IMG/VR virus record: IMGVR_UViG_3300020557_000008 | Location: 1 to 64,000 of that record | Reading direction: 5' to 3' (one strand) | DNA from: an uncultured virus (IMG/VR IMGVR_UViG_3300020557_000008) | Taxonomy: Duplodnaviria; Heunggongvirae; Uroviricota; Caudoviricetes | DNA: 64,000 nucleotides | Part shown: one piece after another, positions 42,101-49,696 of the stretch | Position numbering within the stretch: the stretch's first letter is position 1 | How the letters are laid out: each line of letters starts with the position of its first letter | The notes under the pieces: model-generated | Database searches by the model: none | What the model was told of the DNA's origin: nothing | Seen by the model: the letters and a program-made list of their open reading frames with translations, nothing else | Translations under genes and position numbers: made by a program

Positions 42101-44098
42101 AAATGTCTCCGCATTGGTAAGTGGGTCACCAAATGCTTCGTTGTAGTCAACACTTGCGCCAAGTTCTCTAAAGGCTTTTGCAACATCTGGTCGCACCGAA
42201 AGCATCAGGGCAACAAAAGTGTCTTTAAATTCTTTTGTATTTCCGGCAAATGCGGTATCAAGCATTGACTGGATATATAGCGCTCCTGCTTGTGCGCCCT
42301 GCTTTGTGACCATGCTCTTAAAATCAGGAATGAGGTCTGGCGACTGTTCTTCAATTTCTTCCCTCATTCGCTTAACAGCCGCCATTGCATCGGCGTTATC
42401 CGTATTAATTGTTACGTCAAATACAAGATTTGACCTTCCGTATTTAACGGCTTCGTCTAGCAACGTGTTTAGTTTTCCAACACTTCCCGCAAGAGAGTCA
42501 GCGCCTTCCTTACCACTATTGAACATTCCAGCAATAAACTTGAAACCCTCAAACAACAACAAGCCAATTGTTAGAACTGGGATGATATAAGCCATTGATT
42601 TAGTCAAGAAATTCATGGAGAGGGCAACCATTCTGATTGAGCCTGCCAAAAATCCGTTTGCCGCAGTCCATGCACCGATTGACTTTGTTACTGTTCCTGT
42701 AGCCGTACTAGCAGTCATTGTTGCTGTTGTGTATTTTGTAATCGCGCCAGTTGTTGCGTTGTATCTAAATTGAGTTCCGAACAATGTAATATTTAAGTTT
42801 GAGCCCAAGCGAATGAGTGCCGACATTGTTTTCATAACTGTTGCAAGTGCAGCAACAGCGATTACCGCACCAGCGGCAACACGAGCAAATCCCCTACCAA
42901 ATCCAGTTCCCAAAAATGCGCCAAAAGTTTTGGTTATCGCGGTTCCAAGTTTTAACAACGATGTTATGACTGGCTTTAAGCCTTCGCCAAGTTTAATTAA
43001 CATTGTCTGTTGTTCCGCCATCGCCTTATTAAATTGCGCATCTGTTGTATTCGCGTAAGCAGAAAATGCATAATCCAAGTCTCCAGTGGCAGATTGCATG
43101 CGCTCGAAGATTTGTGCATTTTCTTCTGCGGCAGGACCAACCAAAGAAAGCACTGCCGTAAGGGCTCGTACGTTTCCGAATACTTTTGTAAAGTCCGCAG
43201 CGTTTTCAATGCCGCCAAGTTGGTCTCGCAATTCAATCAGGGCCGGAAATAAACCTTTTTCTTGGATATTCTTGCGAATTTCGTCTGCGTTAGTTCCAAC
43301 ACCAGCAAGAACTTCTTGCGCTTGCTTTGATGGCTTTAGCAACTGAGACAATGTTTGACGAACATAAATAGCAGCAGTTCCAGCGGACAAACCACCTCGC
43401 GAAAGAGCGGCGATTGCAGCAGATACGTCTTCAAATGATGCGCCGTATGCCGCGGCAACTGGCAAAACCTTACCGAGTGCCGGAGCAAACGTATCTGCTT
43501 CCGCCTTACCTTCACGTACAGTTGCAACAAGAATGTCAGTGGCTTTTGCCGCTGAGTAATTTTCTTGTCCGTATGCATTCAATGTAGAAGTGACGGCGTC
43601 GGCAACAGTGTTAGTTGTTCCCAGACCAGCAGCGGCCGCCTTTGCTGAAGCCTCAAGTACTTCAAGCGCAGTGCTTGCCTCTTTAATACCGGCAGAAGTG
43701 ATGTAGTAAAGAGCGTCAGCGAGTTCCAATGGTGCTCTGGTTGTTTCTCCGGCAAGAGAAAGAACCTTTTCTCGCATCGTGTCAATGCTGTCACCACCAA
43801 CGACGACCAAGCCCCTAATGCGGGAAAATGCCAACTCAAACTGTCTCTGCATTTGAATTGCCTGTTTGCCGGCATTCATAAATGCACCAACAACCGTGTA
43901 CTTCATCAGGGTCGCTGTCATTCGCATTGCATCGCCAAGAGTTCTGGTGGATATTGAACTGGCAGCAAGCGACTTGCTCATTGAGCCGCCAGCGCGCGTG
44001 ACGGCGCTCATTCCGCGCGCAGCAGCATTTACACCAGTGGTGGTGATGCGCACCTGTACGTTAAGTGGGCTTACCCCACCAGTTCCTGCCGCGGCCAT
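39182..44098 (-). CDS. Tape measure protein (TP901-like core)
   Basis: 1638 aa, Ala-rich helical; ELADALY...SAG; C-terminal RAVGGPV....YVVGERGPEMF. Confidence 0.9.
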   Translation of the reverse strand: MAAAGTGGVSPLNVQVRITTTGVNAAARGMSAVTRAGGSMSKSLAASSISTRTLGDAMRMTATLMKYTVVGAFMNAGKQAIQMQRQFELAFSRIRGLVVVGGDSIDTMREKVLSLAGETTRAPLELADALYYITSAGIKEASTALEVLEASAKAAAAGLGTTNTVADAVTSTLNAYGQENYSAAKATDILVATVREGKAEADTFAPALGKVLPVAAAYGASFEDVSAAIAALSRGGLSAGTAAIYVRQTLSQLLKPSKQAQEVLAGVGTNADEIRKNIQEKGLFPALIELRDQLGGIENAADFTKVFGNVRALTAVLSLVGPAAEENAQIFERMQSATGDLDYAFSAYANTTDAQFNKAMAEQQTMLIKLGEGLKPVITSLLKLGTAITKTFGAFLGTGFGRGFARVAAGAVIAVAALATVMKTMSALIRLGSNLNITLFGTQFRYNATTGAITKYTTATMTASTATGTVTKSIGAWTAANGFLAGSIRMVALSMNFLTKSMAYIIPVLTIGLLLFEGFKFIAGMFNSGKEGADSLAGSVGKLNTLLDEAVKYGRSNLVFDVTINTDNADAMAAVKRMREEIEEQSPDLIPDFKSMVTKQGAQAGALYIQSMLDTAFAGNTKEFKDTFVALMLSVRPDVAKAFRELGASVDYNEAFGDPLTNAETFQALASAVASGADVISSESIKAGDGLETFIKKVTDTEMEEHAYRSKEALGAYGQAFTDTIQNTGQLNPLVANIRKWQAYFESAGTSSNTQAEVISQIVGPALKGLTGDFELVGESAGNFRDVFLKTANETAAIKFIENTFGVEGQRALEILEVLRDRMRAIPSGAKGAAASAKVLVDALGEMSVKSEEVVRSVYSLDTAVTALGDRFSEGLHPEIQGLVDDFDAAQAALKNFQRGQEALMGVTRGMTEAQIDFRDSMRNFREDASKAGGDLFSGSVNADKAQEGLLDAMDSVLEVVNQFALAGDEAGATRALGEGIARIVGDGMAAGLSEVDITKFLEMHQFGTSSDGIMPDIIKTLFGAKDAQGKEMQQVGNDLMAGFAMGIENGRPYVSQAIDAVGDDVIARLKRRLGIKSPSTVMAKEVGTPSAEGVAVGFQAEMAGRSGRVIEKSMQNAIMNAYKKGGYRGAGAFFKKFLEQKDNVETPATDYVKAVMGRMKDIIGSLSGYIKSQLNFRKAQADLAKLINMQRALDDRRKRAAREQQYAETRFGVGGGAQVTGYEQAQLDELQLEFERVSRDYAMGRASYVQLVDAEIALFEARAAASEVNDTVIDSQNKFIDASVDVENKQLNLADATVNVLSAYQGVQEAAAELYANHKELETVYNNLATATGIASGKLQVGTTNLTTLGTQVGTYGGYVSTVGGYVSTLGNNIEVTGQAFNTTLDGPDGVFAKIVKAGGNLNTLTAGIGAEFKNLAAGLLNKDSQMWKDLNSLGPAIFKAIQFSANESFAKSPLVLRIPVTAIVDGGGGGGINPDSSQSGLGTKPMTYSQWLSANKKSVENATLASFGGQYAGGGQEFRNQLVASGAFDTRYKSILNSEWNKYLAGFRAVGGPVSGEMPYVVGERGPEMFIPKVSGTIVTNSALERYTRNTQRQTATPQTSSGQPIIVTVNNPVPAAAEDSITRRMKVLANSGLFG

Positions 44099-44146
44099 AT
44101 AAATATTTTCGCACAGGCTGTGGAAATGTCAAATTTGCGAAAAGCC

Positions 44147-44350
44147 TTACTTTTCTATCTTTAGCCCCATCTGAGCAGCAAAGGACATAAGTTGTTCTTG
44201 TCCTGCTCGCTGCTTCATCCAGCCACGCGCTTCAAAAACTACGCCCAACTGGGCCGGACTTAGTTCCCAGAATTCTTCGAGCGGCTGGCCCGTTTGGGCC
44301 CAGAGTCCGAGCCACTGTTTCCAGTCTGCAAATCCGGTAGTGCTTGGGCC
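44147..44350 (-). CDS. Tail assembly chaperone, -1 frameshift extension (gpT-like)
   Basis: Open -1 frame overlapping the chaperone end, no own RBS. Confidence 0.65.
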   Translation of the reverse strand, partial: GPSTTGFADWKQWLGLWAQTGQPLEEFWELSPAQLGVVFEARGWMKQRAGQEQLMSFAAQMGLKIEK

Positions 44351-44790
44351 AGACTTTCTGCCAGACGCTTTTTGTTTTCTTCGGCGAGTGCGATTGTCTG
44401 AGTGAGCATTCGACTCGCCACGATAGGGTCCACGCCATTGGCAATTGACCACGCCGTTCCAATCACGTTTGAGTAGCCGACAATTTCTCCATCAAGCATT
44501 GCTTCGCCAACATCGTAAATTGAGCGCTTCAGAACGAATGCAAGTGTCTGCCTGAGTGTTGTGTATGGCTTTTGCTCAAGTGTTTCTTGCCATTTTTCAA
44601 GATTGCCGAAAAATTCTTCAATGTCAGAAATTGAATTGTTTGTGAATCTGACGTGAATCGTTTCGGTGATTGGCTCACCTTCTTCTGTCGTCAGGCGACC
44701 CCAATCTTCTTCGGAAGGTCCGGTTTTTGTTGTTTTTACAAAAAGGCAAGGGACGCCTTTGTTCTTGAGTACTAGCGGTGTATAGTCCAT
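44260..44790 (-). CDS. Tail assembly chaperone (gpG-like)
   Basis: Lies between tail tube and tape measure genes. Confidence 0.75.
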   Translation of the reverse strand: MDYTPLVLKNKGVPCLFVKTTKTGPSEEDWGRLTTEEGEPITETIHVRFTNNSISDIEEFFGNLEKWQETLEQKPYTTLRQTLAFVLKRSIYDVGEAMLDGEIVGYSNVIGTAWSIANGVDPIVASRMLTQTIALAEENKKRLAESLAQALPDLQTGNSGSDSGPKRASRSKNSGN

Positions 44791-44825
44791 GCACACAGCA
44801 TACATACATAGTCATAAACGCGCAA

Positions 44826-44865
44826 ACGCCAGTCTTGGGGCCACACAAATCCCCAAGACTGGCGT
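44826..44865 (-). terminator. Intrinsic terminator after the tail tube gene
   Basis: 15-bp perfect stem ACGCCAGTCTTGGGG/CCCCAAGACTGGCGT. Confidence 0.8.
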
Positions 44866-44890
44866 GAACGCCAGCAGAACTATTCAGTTA

Positions 44891-45448
44891 TTAAGCGGAA
44901 AGACCCGATGCAGCCTCGCGGAGCGTGACTGTTCCGAAGCCGATACCTGTTGCAATCGGGAGGATTGCTTCGGCGTCGAACGACGGTGTCGAGAAGTTGT
45001 CTGTCGAGCCGGACATAATCGTGCCACCAGTAATCTGGCACTTGTTCAGCGTGAAGACCATTTCTGCAAGGTCGGACTCAAGGTCGTTGACCAAGACTTC
45101 AATCTTGAAGTACGGAAGGGTGTCGCCATCGAACTCGTAAGCCGCTGCTTCAGCCGAACCGCTGCCCGATGTCGTTGTCGAACCACCGAAGATGGTTGCG
45201 AGAACATCGAGGCTCAATTCGCTGTATGTTGCGGAGAAGTTGAGACGGTCGACCTTACCCTTCTTGGCAAGAACCTTTCCGTCACCCTTCAACTCAACCG
45301 AGATGAAGTTTGGCTCAACCGAGACTTCCTGGATACCAGGAACGTCAACGGCAGCGCCGTAGGTGATGCCACCAGTGGCATCTGATGCGACGGGGTAGAC
45401 CTTGCAGTCATGAACGTCAAATGAAATTGTTGATGTGGATGCAGCCAT
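44891..45448 (-). CDS. Major tail (tube) protein
   Basis: Size, position, YG..VDVPGI....V.P.....EL.GD pattern. Confidence 0.8.
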   Translation of the reverse strand: MAASTSTISFDVHDCKVYPVASDATGGITYGAAVDVPGIQEVSVEPNFISVELKGDGKVLAKKGKVDRLNFSATYSELSLDVLATIFGGSTTTSGSGSAEAAAYEFDGDTLPYFKIEVLVNDLESDLAEMVFTLNKCQITGGTIMSGSTDNFSTPSFDAEAILPIATGIGFGTVTLREAASGLSA

Positions 45449-45533
45449 TGTTATGACTCCTTTGTTCTGCTAGTTATTCACTTTCGTGAACGGGTAAAGT
45501 CTCACAGGTTTATATGTATAGATGAAGTATTCT

Positions 45534-46400
45534 CTACGGATTTACTTTCGCCCAAGTCTTGTGATTGACAATGCCCGTTTCTTCCAGACCAACTTTCTTC
45601 TGGAACTCCTTCACGGCCTGTTCAGTCTTTGGACCGAAGTCGCCGTCTGTTGCGCACTTCACTCCTGCTTTGTTCAGGAGTTGCTGAAGAGTTCTTACTG
45701 CGGCGCCGCTTGAGCCGACCTGCAAAATCGGATTTGACGCCGCGTTTGCTTTTCCCCTCTTGACAGCCTCTCCACCGCTCTGCGGAGCAACGGCTGGTGT
45801 TGTGATGGGGCGAGGGGCTGCAGCAGGTTCTGCTGCTGGTGCTGCAACTTCACCTGGCTTGCACACTTCGGCAGGATTTGCGTCCATCCATGCCTTTACG
45901 GCTTCTGGAACATCATCGCCTTTGGTATAACGAATATGCCATGGCTCTTCTGGCACCACTTCCCAACTCCAGCCAAACTTGCGACAGTTTGCAATCATCC
46001 ACTTGAGGCGCTCACCACTTGCCGTATGAACGTCAACAGCCAAACCGCTATTGTGCTGAGATGTGCCTGGGGCCGCAAGGCTGGCAAGTTTTTCAGACTT
46101 CTTGTACCACTTCACGCCTTCAAATGTGCGTGTGCTATTGCCGTTCGGCTCTTTTGTATAGCGCTCAAGAAACACCTTGAGTTGTGCATCGTACGAACGA
46201 TACAGGTCGCCGGCAGATGTTGGCTTAAGTTCAACGCCTTCCGCAGCAGCAGCGGCTTTGAGTGCCTTCCAAGCATTTGCGGCGAGCCAGTGCAGGCGTC
46301 CACCATCGACTTTGGAAAGAAGTCCATCTGGCAATCTTCCTGGCTTGTGTCCGGCAACATCCTTTGGTGGTGTCAGTTTGTCAATGTACAGTTCGGACAT
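45534..46400 (-). CDS. Endolysin: M15-type peptidase plus peptidoglycan-binding domain
   Basis: YRSY..Q, PGTSQHNSGLAVD, EPWH; L..GSSG..V..LQ..L...DG.FGPKT..AVKEFQ. Confidence 0.9.
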   Translation of the reverse strand: MSELYIDKLTPPKDVAGHKPGRLPDGLLSKVDGGRLHWLAANAWKALKAAAAAEGVELKPTSAGDLYRSYDAQLKVFLERYTKEPNGNSTRTFEGVKWYKKSEKLASLAAPGTSQHNSGLAVDVHTASGERLKWMIANCRKFGWSWEVVPEEPWHIRYTKGDDVPEAVKAWMDANPAEVCKPGEVAAPAAEPAAAPRPITTPAVAPQSGGEAVKRGKANAASNPILQVGSSGAAVRTLQQLLNKAGVKCATDGDFGPKTEQAVKEFQKKVGLEETGIVNHKTWAKVNP

Positions 46401-46410
46401 CTTCTATCTC

Positions 46411-46659
46411 CTATTGGTGTGCTGGATTTTCTTGTTCAACTTTTGCAAACACCTGGTTCACTTCATCTTCAGACAGTTTTCCGTCAGTAAGGAAAGCACG
46501 AGCCAAGCCTTCAAGAACATTCGCCACGCCGCCGATTCCTGCCATAAATACGGCCTTCTCCATTGATACGCCAGCAATGGTGCCTGCGCCAATGACTCCG
46601 AGACCGGTCACAACGAAAGTTGCGAAGATTCGCAGAATTACATTTTTGATGAGTTCCAT
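46411..46659 (-). CDS. Holin-like membrane protein
   Basis: Two TM segments next to the endolysin. Confidence 0.65.
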   Translation of the reverse strand: MELIKNVILRIFATFVVTGLGVIGAGTIAGVSMEKAVFMAGIGGVANVLEGLARAFLTDGKLSEDEVNQVFAKVEQENPAHQ

Positions 46660-46729
46660 AATTATTCAGCCAGAGTGTGCGCCCAGCGGAGTGTTTACGC
46701 ACTGAGCGCACACACCGAGGTAGCGATAC

Positions 46730-46939
46730 CTATTTCTTGGCTTCCTCCTTTTTCGCAAGGAACGAGGCAACCGACGGGTCGCCGACCTTTGTGCTCGCCC
46801 ATGCAAAAACGGCGGCAGCAAGCGGCATCAAAAGAGCCGTGAGTGTTGGGTCGACGTTGTACTTGTCGCAAAGGTAAACAACGACGCCGAGTGCGCCACC
46901 CTTAACGACTTGGTCGATTGTCTGGTTCTTCTTGTCCAT
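46730..46939 (-). CDS. Small membrane protein (holin-like)
   Basis: Two hydrophobic segments; AAGGAG RBS. Confidence 0.6.
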   Translation of the reverse strand: MDKKNQTIDQVVKGGALGVVVYLCDKYNVDPTLTALLMPLAAAVFAWASTKVGDPSVASFLAKKEEAKK

Positions 46940-47014
46940 GATGACTCCTTTGTTAGGGCATAACGCCACTAACAGTCTCAACTAAGGAGTCGTATAGCCG
47001 GACTATGGTCCGAT

Positions 47015-49207
47015 TTATTCTGCTTTAGCCAAAAGCCTCTTCATCAAATCTTTGACAACAGATTGCTGCTCAACTTCATCACCTTCTGTAACTGCATCAA
47101 CGATTTTTCTCTTTGCATCAACGAGGTCATAGATATCTTCGTCAATCGTGTCTGCGGCAAGTAGATACCACGCTTGCACATTGTTCTTTTGACCGATTCG
47201 GTGACAGCGGTCTTCTGCTTGGTCATGCTCGCCTGGCGTCCAGCCCATTTGAACAAATACAACATCTGAACCAGCAGTAAGTGTGATACCAACTCCACCA
47301 GCCTGCAAGTTGAGAACAATCACTCGTGCTTCCTTGTCATTTTGAAAAGCGTCAACTGCGCGCTGTCGCTCTTCGAGCGTGTCGCGACCAGAAACCCTAA
47401 AGCCTCCGTATTTGTTTGAAAGGTGGTCAACTACATCAACGTTGTGGGCGAACACAACAAGTTTGCGGTCGCATGACTCCAAGAAAGAATCAATCCACTC
47501 TTCTACCGCGTCCATCTTTGCCCACGCCGCAAGTTTTTTTAGAACCTGCGTTCTTGCCAGATGTTCAGATGAGTCTTTTGCTTTGTAGCCGTTTGCGCTT
47601 AGGAATGAGACAAGGTCATTTTCTGCATTTCTGTAGTCCTTGAATCCAGCACCGGATACATCAAGGTGAACGACATTTCGCACCTTGTCTGGAAGTTCTT
47701 GTAGCACCTCGTCTTTTGTTCTGCGGATGTAGCAGTTCTGACGGAGTTTTGTATTCAGTTCAACAAGGTTGCTGGCACCACCGGTATCCCAGCCAAATCC
47801 ATTGTGATGAGCATTTGCATACCGTTTCAGGAATGACCACTTACCACCAAAGCGACTCAGCATTCCCATAATCTCCAACTGAGATACAAGTTCTGCTGGT
47901 CGGTTCATAACTGGAGTTCCGGACAAAAGAAGAACTGCGCCAGACCTGCTTACCGAAGCGGCAATATCTTTTGCTGCCTTGGCACGTTTTGATGTCGCAT
48001 TTTTTACATAGTGCGACTCATCAAGTATCAGTCCATTTGGTTCTAGGTGCTTGATTGGCTCAACAAACTTATACAGAATGTCGTAGTTCACCACGTTCAC
48101 ATCACATGAAACAATATCAGTTTTCCCAGATACAACATTGACCGTTCTGTGGGGCAGCCATTTTGCAAACTCTCTGCGCCAGTTTTCCTTCAGGGATGCA
48201 GGGCACACGATGATTGCCGGGAATGCATCCTTTGATTCCAGCGTTGCAATCGCCTCAACCGTCTTGCCAAGACCCATCTGGTCAGCGATAAGACACCTTC
48301 CAACTGTTGATGCATATGCAACTCCGGCCTTTTGATAAGGCATAAGAGTTCCAGAAAGAGTGGGGATTACCACATCTGCATCGGTAGATGTGGACGCCTC
48401 AAGCAATTCAGTTTCGCGCTTTGCTGCCTTTAGCAGCGTGTCGCGCAGGGACTTGGAAATCGAAAACCCGTATTTGTCTGCAATCTCAACTGCGCTCAGC
48501 GAGGGCGGGGCTGTCCATACCCGCTTCTTTACATCCCACAAGCGACCTTGAAGTTGCTTGATTTCAGCAACAATATCTTGGTCGTAGGGAAACTCAAAGA
48601 CAAGACGGCCGCTCTTTGAGACCGTTATTGTTCTGGTCGTATCTACGGTTTGTTCTTCTGCAACTATTTTCATATCATCGAATTCTTTCGTTGTGTTGAA
48701 CTTGTACTGCTTTATCAAAGACGCTACCTGCTCTTTGCTTGAGAGCGGAGCCAGCCACATGCTTGCTTCTTGGTTCCATAGGGCGCCAGGTATTTTTTGT
48801 AGTTCGCCTATCAGTTGCTCATCGTACTCGCACTCAATAGCAAACACTTCGCCATTTGTTGAGACCCTATTGACTCCCTTTTGGCGAAGTTCTGACATTA
48901 TTGATGTTGCATCTGCACCTAAATAATTCTTGGGTCTTGGGGGCGGAACTATTTGGTCATAGTCAATTCCATGACTTTTGAGTTGGCCAACATAACGTCC
49001 AAGAACCGTCCAGGCTATGTACGAAATTGCTGGCGACCACTTTGTGTCCGGAAGCAACGAAGCGAGCGCCCCGAAACGAGAATCTGCCTTACTGAAACCA
49101 ACACCATCCTGCTGCTCTGCGCCATCGCACAGACCTGCAATTTTTCTAAATGCCGTTGCTAGTGGCTTTACATCGTAGGCATTTGTTATGCCTGGACTGT
49201 CGACCAT
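47015..49207 (-). CDS. SNF2-family helicase with HARP-like N-terminal repeats
   Basis: ADQMGLGKT, DESH, SGTP, QAEDRCHRIGQ; two F/C.Y......K...G.LW.....W..P repeats. Confidence 0.9.
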   Translation of the reverse strand: MVDSPGITNAYDVKPLATAFRKIAGLCDGAEQQDGVGFSKADSRFGALASLLPDTKWSPAISYIAWTVLGRYVGQLKSHGIDYDQIVPPPRPKNYLGADATSIMSELRQKGVNRVSTNGEVFAIECEYDEQLIGELQKIPGALWNQEASMWLAPLSSKEQVASLIKQYKFNTTKEFDDMKIVAEEQTVDTTRTITVSKSGRLVFEFPYDQDIVAEIKQLQGRLWDVKKRVWTAPPSLSAVEIADKYGFSISKSLRDTLLKAAKRETELLEASTSTDADVVIPTLSGTLMPYQKAGVAYASTVGRCLIADQMGLGKTVEAIATLESKDAFPAIIVCPASLKENWRREFAKWLPHRTVNVVSGKTDIVSCDVNVVNYDILYKFVEPIKHLEPNGLILDESHYVKNATSKRAKAAKDIAASVSRSGAVLLLSGTPVMNRPAELVSQLEIMGMLSRFGGKWSFLKRYANAHHNGFGWDTGGASNLVELNTKLRQNCYIRRTKDEVLQELPDKVRNVVHLDVSGAGFKDYRNAENDLVSFLSANGYKAKDSSEHLARTQVLKKLAAWAKMDAVEEWIDSFLESCDRKLVVFAHNVDVVDHLSNKYGGFRVSGRDTLEERQRAVDAFQNDKEARVIVLNLQAGGVGITLTAGSDVVFVQMGWTPGEHDQAEDRCHRIGQKNNVQAWYLLAADTIDEDIYDLVDAKRKIVDAVTEGDEVEQQSVVKDLMKRLLAKAE

Positions 49208-49653
49208 AGCCTGATGTCGTGCGGTTCTGCTGTGTACTCGCCCTCAAACGACGCGCGCTTGTGTTCAATAATCGCCTTGTAAAGTTTGGCGTTTTCTTCC
49301 ACGAGGTCTAGCGAAGTTGTGTCGGCAAGTATCGTTTTTACTTCGGAGAGGCGCTTACTAATCCCGTTCCGGTACCGCTGGGATTTGCGGACCCACTCGT
49401 CAAACTTTTGCTTTTCTTCGTAGTAGTCATTTGCGTCTTTGATGCCGAGTTCCACATCTTTTGCCATCATGTCAATCCGGCTCTTGTGGAACACAACCTG
49501 AGACTCGCTATCTGACAAGGCTGTAATTAGCGCATGGCACCATGCCAGCCGATTTTCTTCGGCGTGAAGCCATTCAATTTCATGGTCTGTTGCCAAGCCT
49601 TTGCACTCGCGCTTGGCCATATCGAGAACATCTAGTTCTGGTTGCATTTGCAC
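49186..49653 (-). CDS. Hypothetical protein
   Basis: ORF coupled to the helicase. Confidence 0.7.
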   Translation of the reverse strand: MQMQPELDVLDMAKRECKGLATDHEIEWLHAEENRLAWCHALITALSDSESQVVFHKSRIDMMAKDVELGIKDANDYYEEKQKFDEWVRKSQRYRNGISKRLSEVKTILADTTSLDLVEENAKLYKAIIEHKRASFEGEYTAEPHDIRLWSTVQA

Positions 49654-49696
49654 CTCTTTGGGTTGGGGGTATTCGGTGCGCTTAGTCTAGCGTCAA

